A stretch of DNA of 64,000 bases, from positions 1,426,001 to 1,490,000 of the forward strand of contig NC_045138.2 of assembly GCF_008831285.2 (NCBI RefSeq), in the 5' to 3' direction. Positions within the stretch are counted from its first letter, which is position 1. Every line of letters begins with the position of its first letter. The DNA is from Nymphaea colorata (lineage: Eukaryota). This document shows positions 53,581-64,000 of this stretch, piece after piece. The notes under the pieces were generated by a model. It was not told the origin of the DNA. It made no database searches and saw only the letters and a list, made by a program, of their open reading frames with translations. The position numbers were made by a program, and so were the translations under genes.

Positions 53581-54269
53581 TTGGTAGGTGTTTATTTAGA
53601 TGCTAAACTGATAAAACAATTTCGGCTCTTGATCTTTTTCAAATCGGTAGATGAGAGAAAAACAAGTAAAAAAATGTATGAACTAAAAGCAGAAGATGAA
53701 AATGTCCTTTCACCTCTCTATTTTTCTTTTTTTTTTCTTTCAACCACCGAACTGAAAAATAACAAGGGCTAAAGCTGTTCCTTATCTATCTTACATCTAA
53801 ATATCTAGCTCCTACCAGTTTCTCCCTCTCCTTTATATAATCTTTGAGTTCTACGAAGGGACCCGTTGCTTGGTAGTGCCAGCTTGCCAGACCAGCAACA
53901 CAGTGGAATTAGGAATATGATCGCAATCTCAAAGGAAATTTTATTGATGTACTATTGCTGACAGCTAAAATTCCCCCTAAAGTTTAACCTCCATAGTGAT
54001 TTAGCAGCAAACGCATTTGATATTCTGGAGAATCGAAAGCAACTACCATCATTTAATCTCCAACAGCTTCAGACAAATTGAATAAATTAGAAGAAAGAAA
54101 AAGAACATGTAAAGGTTCGAGCAACTTTTGAGCAATATTCCTCTTGTCCTTTTCTCTATGATTCTAAAGGCATGGATGCTTTGTTTGATTACAGAAAGGA
54201 TGAGACACTCAAGATTTGATTGCATCACACTGCTTTCTTGATATAGGAAAAGATAGATAAGGCATGATG

Positions 54270-54314
<45 letters not shown>

Positions 54315-55851
54315 TCTCTGTCTTTTCTTGTTCTTTAAGTGTTGCCCATATCTTTCCTTTCTTTACTGGAAAAATTCTTCTCTTCTATTTTTCAGCAATA
54401 GTTGACAGTGTTTATGTCATTCCCAAGAAGATTTTTTTTCCTCTTATTCTTTTCATTATTTTATTTGTTGGGAATTTCAAACAAACTGAATTTCATGATG
54501 CTAAGGACAAGCACATATAACAACTATCATTCTTGTGAATCCCCTTTTTTTTATGTATACCAATTTTTTTGGGGCACCTCTATTTGGATAAGAAAGAAAA
54601 CCCTGTTCCTTATGTAAGCAGATTCCCCCAAAATTGGAAAGATGTATGGGAGAAAGGGCAATAGCAGCCCAACTTGGTTCATTATTTCTTCTGTTAAAAG
54701 CCTCCATTATAACTTTTTCTTAATACACTAAGCAACCTATAATTTTTAATGCATTTAGCCTGCCTGCTTACTACATGACTCTACATTTTTTGAGAGAAAA
54801 GGACTGCCCACTTGTACTCCGCCATGAATATTAATGACCTCTTAGTGAAAATAGTAGAGAAACTGTACTGTGATATCTGCAAGGGAAAGACAAAAAGTTT
54901 AAGGTCATCAAAGTTGTTCTAATTTGCCAAAAAAATGGAGTCATTTTTTCGAGATCTGGTTAAAAAGGGACAAGCAGGGAACATCAGTTTGGAAAGAGAG
55001 ATGGATATGTATCTCATTTCATCTTGTGAGGAAATCCAGATCTGCATATGAGCGCAGATGATTTATATAAACATGGTCGTGGCGCAAAACCTATGTCACA
55101 TGGGTGCAGGCACTCGAATGTCAAAGCGAAGCATTTTAAAAAAACTTGGTACCATGTTTGTGTGACAAATATATTGAATTTTTATATTTGCATTGTTTAT
55201 GTTTATAGGATATAAATTAGTGAAACAAAATAAGCATCATGCGGTCTAAAGATTATGCTTACTCCACACAAAGATGCTCTTACATAAGCTAGGAGCTCTT
55301 CTAGATTAAAACTTTTGTCAGCTTAAAAGGAACCTCATGCATGCACTCCCTCTTTTTGGCATATGCAGATACAATGTAATATTTATTATTATGCAAAGTG
55401 ACACACATAGAAGCGTATATAGTCCATAGAATATATGAATTGAGGAATAAACGATAAAACAATGTAAGAACCTTTGAATTTGTAGTACGCCCGAACTGTT
55501 GATGCCTTTTCTCATCTCTCGCTCATGTTGCAAAAGGAAGAACGAATGGCTCTCAAAGCATCAATGTTTAATTTGAAAATAGAGAAATCCACATTTTTTA
55601 CAAAAACAACTTGAGCCAAAAGATGTTTTATATCCAAATAGATTTTATGGACATATTAAGATGTTTATATTTTATTTAAAATAGCTTTTTAGCAAAGAAT
55701 TAAAAGGTATGTTTTTTTTATCCCTGATCTAACAGTCTGGTTTCTACCCATTTCTCTATCATCTTAAAACCTAAATACTTATGGTCTAATTGTCGAGTCT
55801 ATATTTCTTATAATTGAATGTTATTGTTGAATATTTGGTAAGAAGAGAAAT

Positions 55852-55882
<31 letters not shown>

Positions 55883-56769
55883 GATTCTGCCTAACCTGAT
55901 ATCTCCTAAAAGGAATAATTATTAAGAAAATCCACTGATAGGGAAAGGAGAAGAAGCACGTGTAGACGCTGACATGCATGGTAGGGGCCTTGTGAAAGCC
56001 TCGGTTTCATGAATGGCATTTAAAATGCCAAGTCAATGATGCCTTTCATACATGAATGCACCTCACTGTGGAAATGTATCACGACATTAATTTACACATA
56101 TGCTTGCTGCTAGTGCTGCTAGTGCAACATCTTTCATCTTTTAGTTTATTCCCTTGTAGTTTTTTAAAGCCAAATTATACATAAGAGAATTGATACTCAG
56201 CACCTAGCTGGAGCAGCTAGTTTCAACCATGGTTCCTTCTATAAGAGAGAGAGATGGAGAGAGAGAGAATACACTGGAAACAGTGGAGAAGCAAGAAAAT
56301 TTGCTGTAGGGGCACTCTTTCAGAAGTTTCTATATCTTAATGGACATTTATATGAATAAAAAAAGAAATATTTGAAGCTGTCAATGAGAAACTAAAGGAA
56401 TATTAGGTGGCTGGAGTGGGGAACTGCCCATACCGTGGCTCCGCCACAAACTGCAGGAATTCTAATCATCGGTGGTGCAAAAGCAACACGTCAGTAAAGA
56501 GGGCGAAAATGTTATAGAATTTAAACTCAAATGGCTTTTGGTGCAAAGAACAACACCATTTCAGTGCATGGCTTCTGATAATTATATATATATATATATA
56601 AAGGGTCTTTTATCCCATTGTGATGAATGATTGAGAAAAAAACTTAAAGAAAAAAGTGATAAACATTTTTATCATTTACCATGAATTCATTAAAACATTT
56701 TTGTGTCATATTTTTTCTCAACTACCTCTCATGGCAGGCAACTCATGATTTTCAAGAGTGAACTGTGTC

Positions 56770-56808
<39 letters not shown>

Positions 56809-56810
56809 GG

Positions 56811-56847
<37 letters not shown>

Positions 56848-57350
56848 ACACACTGAAGTGTCATCATTGAACATCTTAGCGATTGAACCTGCTGGCTTAT
56901 ATATATCATGATAACACTTTGGCTAAAACAGTCTAAACCGAACTCCCCTCTGAAACGAGATCAAACTTCCTATACTAGCAAAAGCACGGGAACATGACAT
57001 CACAAGGACCCACACCCAAGTGTGGGGCTCTAATTACTTCTCGATGCAGTTGCAGAGAGAGAGAGAGAGAGCATTTCAGGAGAAAACATTGAACTTCTCT
57101 TGCCTGCAATCGTCAGCCCAACTCAACAGAGAGACCAAGAGAGAGAGAGGGCATTGAATTTCTGTTGCCTGCAATCGTCATCCCAAGACAGTGACACGGG
57201 CTGTGATGAGAAGTTGAAGATGGAAAAAAGGCTGCCATGCCTCCTTCACAAGAGTGCAACCGCGGCCCCATCTCTTCTCCCCCAAGGTCTCCATCATCTC
57301 CCTTTATTACTTCACCTTTTCTGCATACATCACCACATATATAGCAAATA

Positions 57351-58220
57351 ATGGAAAGATGGTACCCATATCACCCAAAATTCTCTTCCTGCAATCATGG
57401 CTCCTTTTGTCCACTCACCACTCATTTCCCCATGGCTCCTCCCCTCTGCCCCATTAATATTTCTCCCTTCAATTCAGGCATCCTCCCTCTTCACATACAT
57501 TTGAAACTACCTGCTACCCATCTTCCCTCTCCACCTTCTTTCTTCTTGGGTCCTCCCCATTTCATCAGAATGAAGCACCAAATCTTCTCCTGGTCTCAGC
57601 CCCCCACCGAGCCCACCCTCCCCATGAACCAATTCATCCAAACAAGCAAGATCCCACCCTTCCAAACAGTGCTCCCCGAGCAGTCACACCTCCCAAGTTC
57701 AAGCAGCGAGCCTCTGGAATCAGGCCAGGGACTGCAGGAAGACTGTGACATCGGGGCCATGAAGGAGATGATGTTCAAGATTGCAGTGATGCAGCCGGTG
57801 GACGTCGACCCGGCGTCGATCGAGAAGCCGCGGCGGAGGAACGTCCGGATCTCCAGCGACCCCCAGACGGTCGCCGCCCGGCTCCGGCGCGAGCGGATCA
57901 GCGACAGGATCCGGGTGCTGAGGCGGCTGGTGCCGGGGGGATCTAAGATGGACACTGCATCCATGCTGGACGAGGCCATACTTTATGTCAAGTTCTTGAA
58001 GAAGCTGGTGGGGGAGCTGCAGTCCAGTACTCCGCAGCAAGGTGGCAAGGCAGCCTACGTGGCATCACCTGATTGGTCGTTTGGCCATATGACAAGCCAT
58101 ATGAGCTTCATCCCTTCTTCCTCGAGTTCTGCATCTTCTTCCTCTGGATCTCTTGCGTCGACCCCTCTTTCCTTCCCCGCTGCTTCCTCTCCTCAGTATC
58201 TCCATCACTTAGGAAGGTAG
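57351..58220 (+). CDS. HEC3: bHLH transcription factor, HECATE3/INDEHISCENT-like (subfamily VIIIb), intronless
   Basis: HEC domain GAMKEMMFKIAVMQPVDVDP followed by KPRRRNVRISSDPQTVAARLRRERISDRIRVLRRLVPGGSKMDTASMLDEAILYVKFLK. The start codon is uncertain (57351, 57432 or 57570). Confidence 0.9.
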   Translation: MERWYPYHPKFSSCNHGSFCPLTTHFPMAPPLCPINISPFNSGILPLHIHLKLPATHLPSPPSFFLGPPHFIRMKHQIFSWSQPPTEPTLPMNQFIQTSKIPPFQTVLPEQSHLPSSSSEPLESGQGLQEDCDIGAMKEMMFKIAVMQPVDVDPASIEKPRRRNVRISSDPQTVAARLRRERISDRIRVLRRLVPGGSKMDTASMLDEAILYVKFLKKLVGELQSSTPQQGGKAAYVASPDWSFGHMTSHMSFIPSSSSSASSSSGSLASTPLSFPAASSPQYLHHLGR

Positions 58221-58467
58221 TCTTTTATATATACATATATATATTAGTTACTGATAGTACTCGTGAATGGTTGATGAGCTCGATTTGAGTTATTGTCGAA
58301 GGTTACATACATATACAGGAGCGCACCTACAGGTGACAATGAGAAGAGCAATCAAACTAGTGATTGTTCGATCGGCCAGTGATATAATGTTGTATGGTAC
58401 AGCTATTCCTAATTATGATGCTTGGTAGTTAAGATTTCCATGACTCGACGGATTCTCGAAATGATGG

Positions 58468-58510
<43 letters not shown>

Positions 58511-58679
58511 GAGAGAGAGAGAGAGAGAGAGAATGCCATGCAAAATATATGCACGCGTGTTCACAAGCATGACATGCCCCCATCTTCGAGCTTTCATGCG
58601 TTTGAATGTCACATGTAGGATGAATTATTAAGTTGCAGCTGGATGATCTGTAGGGCGTTGGTCTCTTTCTCTCTCTCTC

Positions 58680-58808
<129 letters not shown>

Positions 58809-58963
58809 CTTTTAGGAAATATTAGTTTGACTCTGTCTAGCGTGAATTTCAAGGCACCAACAAAGGTTTCTAATATCCTGTGGTGCATCATATCAAATGA
58901 ATATAAGCAGAAATTGCTATGCCAAGTTTCTCTCTCCTCCCGAGGAGCGTCACGTATATCAAA

Positions 58964-59005
<42 letters not shown>

Positions 59006-59655
59006 CATAAATTGGTAATTGGTGCTGAGGCTTTCTCTCTCCCCCTCCCCCCTTTATATGTGCATCATATGGAACGAATATCCATGTTTTGAAGGGGAAA
59101 TTGCTAACCCACGGCTTGTTCTGCTGTTGTTAATTTGACGGGACACATCTTATAGTGGCCAACCTATAATGTAAGCGGAATGCTTTCCTTGTGGAAGATC
59201 TAAATTGCATGGTAATATTATATCGCCGTGGATTTGGTGAGTCTCAGCTTCCCCACCTTCTGCTGTATAACAAGTTGGAGCTAACTTTAGTTTTAACTCA
59301 GAACTCACTCGACTAAGCTCGGCTCATGTAAATGATAGAGTTAGAGTTACACGAACTCGATTTGATTAAACTCGAATAAGCTCATTTCATTTAAGTTTTT
59401 TCTTTAATTTCTAAACATAAAACCAACGAAAAATATCAAGTCAAATGAGAAGTTGGTAAAGAGATTCAAGGCGTTCGTCAACAATGGTTGCAATACTAAG
59501 CCCTATGATGATGCAATTGCGCGGAAACAAACATAACTAATTGAAAGATCTTACTTTCTTTTTTTGCCTTTTTCTTTATGACACAAAGTAATTAGAGACC
59601 GACACGTTCAAGGCCACCAAGCAGGGCTGAGGTAAGTGTGGGCAGTTGCCTACAC

Positions 59656-59721
<66 letters not shown>

Positions 59722-60413
59722 GTGACATATTTAAATTGTTCAGATACAACCATTGCTTACTAGGAAGGTGTTCAAGTCATGTGAGTGATTTTAGTTCTTA
59801 TTGTCTGGAAAAGGAAAAGAGAAAACCGCGTCAGGCTTGAAGATATCGGATCAAATAGAGGAAATCAGATCCAACTATCATGTTCTGACAGCATTTGAAA
59901 TTTGGGTCTCTGGTGATCTTAAGTGGGCCTGGATCTGGACTACCACAATCTTAATGGCGTCAAATCATTGGCATGTCAGGGCGGGACAGAACCGCACCAA
60001 GCAGAGACGATGCTCGATTTGGATCTCACTTGAGCTTGGCTCAAGCTTTTCTATGATGCAAGCTCCGCTCGGTAGACTCGGTTCGAGTTTGAACTCGACT
60101 CGTGTTGTCGTTTCATTCTTTTTTTTTTCTTTAAATGAAAATTAAAACCAGAATTAAATGAAAATTAAAATTAAAAAAAAGTGTTAAAATTCATTAGAAG
60201 ATACCAACATTGGAAGGCACACATCCAGTTGAGTTTTAAACAAGTCAAAACTCATGTAACTCGAGTTTTAAATTTAACCTTGAGATCATCTCACTTATTA
60301 AATGAGTTGATCGAGCTCGAGTCCCGCCCGAGTTCGCTCGACCTGTTATATATCCCCATTCATAATCAGCTTGTCGATAAATTGGTCTATATATTGCAGG
60401 TAATCATAAACAA

Positions 60414-60458
<45 letters not shown>

Positions 60459-60949
60459 TATATATATGTGTGTATTCGCCTCCTACGGACATTGAAGTTC
60501 TAGAATAGTACCCTTTCACACCGGTGGTTGGGTGCGGCATGTCGTGAAACAAAAAAAAAAAAAAAAAAAAAAAAACGAAGAACTGAGGAATATCTCTACT
60601 TCTCACGGCACCATTTATGATAGGTTTAATTAGATTTGATTCAATGTTATCATTAGATTGGGGACTTGCTTTGCTATACAAATATGATTACTTAAACAAT
60701 TTGGATTCAGAATAGGAGCTAGTTTTTAGTTGTCGCCGGCTAGATCCATTTTTCATGGTTTGTTTTGGTTCCATTGCAGCAGCATATTAGGGTACATTGA
60801 AGTGTTTGTGTTGGACTATTTATCCTATTTCTAAGTAATCAACTTAGATTAGTTTTGAACATCAATTAAGGTTCTGGTTGATTTCCCATGGATCCCATTT
60901 CCGAGGGGATTTCAAATACATGGTAGCTGAAAATTTCAGTATCCACCCC

Positions 60950-61132
60950 TAAGGGGGCCAGCATGGGCCCTGAACCCGCCTCAAAAATTTTTCAAAAAAC
61001 AAATTACCTGTAAATTGTAAAAAAAATTACTTGTCTCATATAAAAATTTTGAAAATTGATATTTCGACCCATATCAAAATTTAGAAACTTTAATTCGGCC
61101 CCCTTCATGAAAAATTTCTGGCTCCACCTCTG
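60950..61132. mobile_element. MITE copy (CAGGGGYGGAGCCA family), left end truncated
   Basis: Family core and right TIR ...CATGAAAAATTTCTGGCTCCACCTCTG. Confidence 0.7.
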
Positions 61133-62422
61133 CTTACATCCATGTTGTAGTGTAAAAAAACATGGATTTGAGATCTGACTTGGGGGTGGGTTCGACTTCA
61201 GAACCATAGATCTCATATCCACGGTAATCAAACACCTGCTAAACATTTAAATTTTGACTTCATTGTCATGCGTGTAGTATATATAACTAGAGAAGTGTTG
61301 CTATTTTCAGTTATAGAAGATTAGTTTCCTCCAATGCGCCACATTAGTTTCACTCGGATTTAAATTAGTTAGGTTTTTTTTTTTCCTTACTTGTAAAGGA
61401 TAAATGGTTTATTACTGAGACGTGATAGTGACCACTCTAGGATTTGAACACAAGTCCCTTTGAGTGGTGGAGCAAGAATAAATTGTTTCCAAACATGGTT
61501 GAGGTAATAAGAATATAGTGTAGCAATTTTCGGGTTTTGTTGGCATTATCTGGCATTTTAGTAAGTAACCATTAAACTAGAAGTCATTTAGGCTAGTGTT
61601 TTAGATAGTTAATGACATAGTGTTAGGATTAATATAGTGTTTAATTTTTTCTTGATTAGGGGTTGTTGTGTTATTGGAGAAGACACCAGCCATTAGTTTA
61701 TTTTGAGTGATTTAGAATTATATATAGTTAGATTATTCATTTGTTTACTATTTCCGACACAGTTTCCCTACTTTTTAGGTAATTAATTAATTAATCACTA
61801 TGGATGCCTTTTAGAACAAGTTTGAAGTAAAGATTTCAGAAAATATATGTTGATTAATAGAGTAATTATAGTAAATAGAATAATTTTTAGTTGGATTTTT
61901 TTTTTATATATATAGATTGAGCAAAGCCGCTTCTCTCTTTCGCCATGCCTTTTGGGTCCGGGGCTGCATCATAAGTATTAGTTATTGGATACGCATTAGT
62001 TGACTTAAGTAAATTTTATTTTATCTTAAAAAGGAGTTGACTAGGTTTACCATTGGTAATTAGGTTGGCTTAATTTCTCATTAGAGATTAGGGTCTAGGT
62101 TTAGAAGTAAGAGGTGTTTGACAATATGAACACTAACACAGTGCTCCTTCAATTTGCCTCAATTTATGAGACACATTAATGAAACATTGTTTTAGGTTTT
62201 TTTTTTTTGTCAAATGCCCTTTAAAAAGCAGACTAATCATAATTTAAATAGAATTTCCATTTCACCAAGATAATTTCATGGGATTTAGATAAATTAAGTT
62301 ACATTTGGATTTTATTTCATCTCTCGCTTAGGATAACTAGAGTGGCATTGTGGGTCTTTCATAGGGGAACTCCTTCTGAGAGCAAGATTATTTAAGTGAC
62401 ACCTAACCCTAGCCTCTCTCTT

Positions 62423-63990
62423 TGTCACGGGCCGACTTCTTTGGACCGTGCGGCGCGGCAAACTCTCGCCAGTAAGTCGCAAGCCTTCGAGATCACTTGA
62501 ACAAAAGCGAAGGCTTGCGGCTTACTGACGAGAGTTTGTTGCGCCGCACGGTTCGAAGGAGAAGGAGTCGACCAGTAACACTCTCTCTCCCTCTTACATT
62601 AATTCTCTTAGCTTTAAATTGAAGTTATTTTTAACCTACTTTCATAAGGCCGAGACTTTCCTCCCTTCCCACGGCTCGAGATTTGTGTACTCATTTAATT
62701 TGTCTAACATTTTATGATGATTTGAAAAAGGAATATTTTACAAAAGGCCACCAAAGATTTGGAGAAACAACAAAGACATGCTCCAGTTTTGAGTTCTTTC
62801 ATTTAACTGTTAGGCTTTGAGATTGTACAACACTGCTACCAAAATGTTCATTGCAAGGATTATAATTTTTTTCTTTATTTGTATGCTTTTAAGTTCATCT
62901 AAAAGAATCGATTTTCACGTTGGTTGAATTTTAATTTCATTTTGAGGAATTACTCTCTTTCTCTCTCTCTCTCTCTCTCTTATCGCATTCTTTAAGTAGT
63001 AGTTAAAACATGGCGGGGGTGGCACCCCCAGGAAGGGTGAACAATGAGTTGTTAAAGCTCGACTCGTGAACAAGTTCGAGCTGAGTCATTTGCTTAACGA
63101 GTCAAACTCGAGTTCATGAGTCAACTTGTTTAAATAATCAAGTTGAGTTCGAGCTCAACACATAACTGCTGAGTTGAGCTCGAGCCTTAATCGAGTTTGT
63201 CGAGCCTTAATCAAGTTGATATATTTAAACGAGTTTATGAGTTTGTCGAGCTTTAATCTAGTTGAACTCGAACTCAACATGTAACGATGAATATCAATTA
63301 TATTCAAACGAGTTTGTCGAGCCTTAATTGAGTCGAACTCGACCTCAACGCGTAACTGCTGAGTCGAGCTCGAGTTATTTTTGCCGAGCTATTCTCGAGC
63401 CGAGTGACACTCAAAGTTTCATTAGTCGAGCCTAACTCGATCTGACTGAACTCCAATACAATCATGCGTTGTACCCTAAAGAAACGAACACTTTCAGAAA
63501 ATGGACAATCACATATATATCTAATATATAGTTCAAGATTCTAGTTGAGTCACGTTTTGTGCATACCCATTGTTGTTAAGAAGTGCATTGATGTGATGTG
63601 ACACACAAAGCATGTGATGCGATGCGTAGCATAGCGATTGATGAGTAAGCGAGGTTCATGACAAAAACGATAAATTTATGTCAAAAGTGAAAAACAACTA
63701 TGAAAATAACATGCAAGTAAAGAACTAACGGAGAATAATTCCCAAATCCACCTGTTCTAAACAATATATTCTACGAGCAAGTTAAAATTCCTACGAGGCA
63801 ATTAGAAAATTTAGTCATTAGTGATAGTACTAATTTTTCAAGCGAATACATTGCGAGATTTCTTTATTCACAAGCATTCTTTATACACTTGTTTTCTCAA
63901 ACTACCTTTACGCCCCGTTCAACAATTTGAAGGCTTGCGGCAATCAAGTTCTTGCCGCGCCGCACGGACCGAAGTTGTCAGCCCGTGACA
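62423..63990. mobile_element. Non-coding element with ~65-70-bp GC-rich inverted repeats ending TGTCAC...GTGACA
   Basis: Left arm 62423-62489; inverted copies at 62508-62580 and 63929-63990. No ORF inside. Confidence 0.6.
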
Positions 63991-64000
63991 CTTGCATTGG

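Noticed and set aside
57861..57890. ARLRRE instead of ARHRRE in the bHLH basic region as a novel variant
   Set aside because: This position varies among HEC/IND-type proteins as I recall them; the key Glu and Arg residues are intact.

Overview
Eukaryotic (flowering plant) nuclear DNA: AT-rich, GT-AG introns, many (TA)n/(GA)n microsatellites. It carries six intact-looking plus-strand genes: the 3' end of a DUF218-like gene, TRM11 tRNA m2G10 methyltransferase (6 exons), a GT8 xylan glucuronosyltransferase of the GUX3 type (4 coding exons), a DUF506/PDDEXK_6 gene (3 exons), a PMEI-pectin methylesterase (2 exons) and an intronless HECATE/IND-type bHLH. There is also a frameshifted CCCH zinc-finger/SRI-like (C3H38/55-type) probable pseudogene. 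Intergenic DNA is dense in non-autonomous elements: several hAT-type MITE families with 8-bp TSDs, a Tourist-like MITE, a decayed L1 LINE with nested insertions, a tRNA-derived SINE candidate and three minisatellite arrays. I see no CRISPR array, rRNA, intact tRNA or clearly new multi-gene system. The most unusual unexplained structures are a TGTCAC...GTGACA long-inverted-repeat element with three arm copies (62423-63990), a MITE that appears to carry a captured exon (51932-52460), and a (TA)~50 tract clamped by perfect 28-bp inverted repeats (12661-12832). Family assignments come from recalled motifs, and exon boundaries were read by eye; no database search was run.
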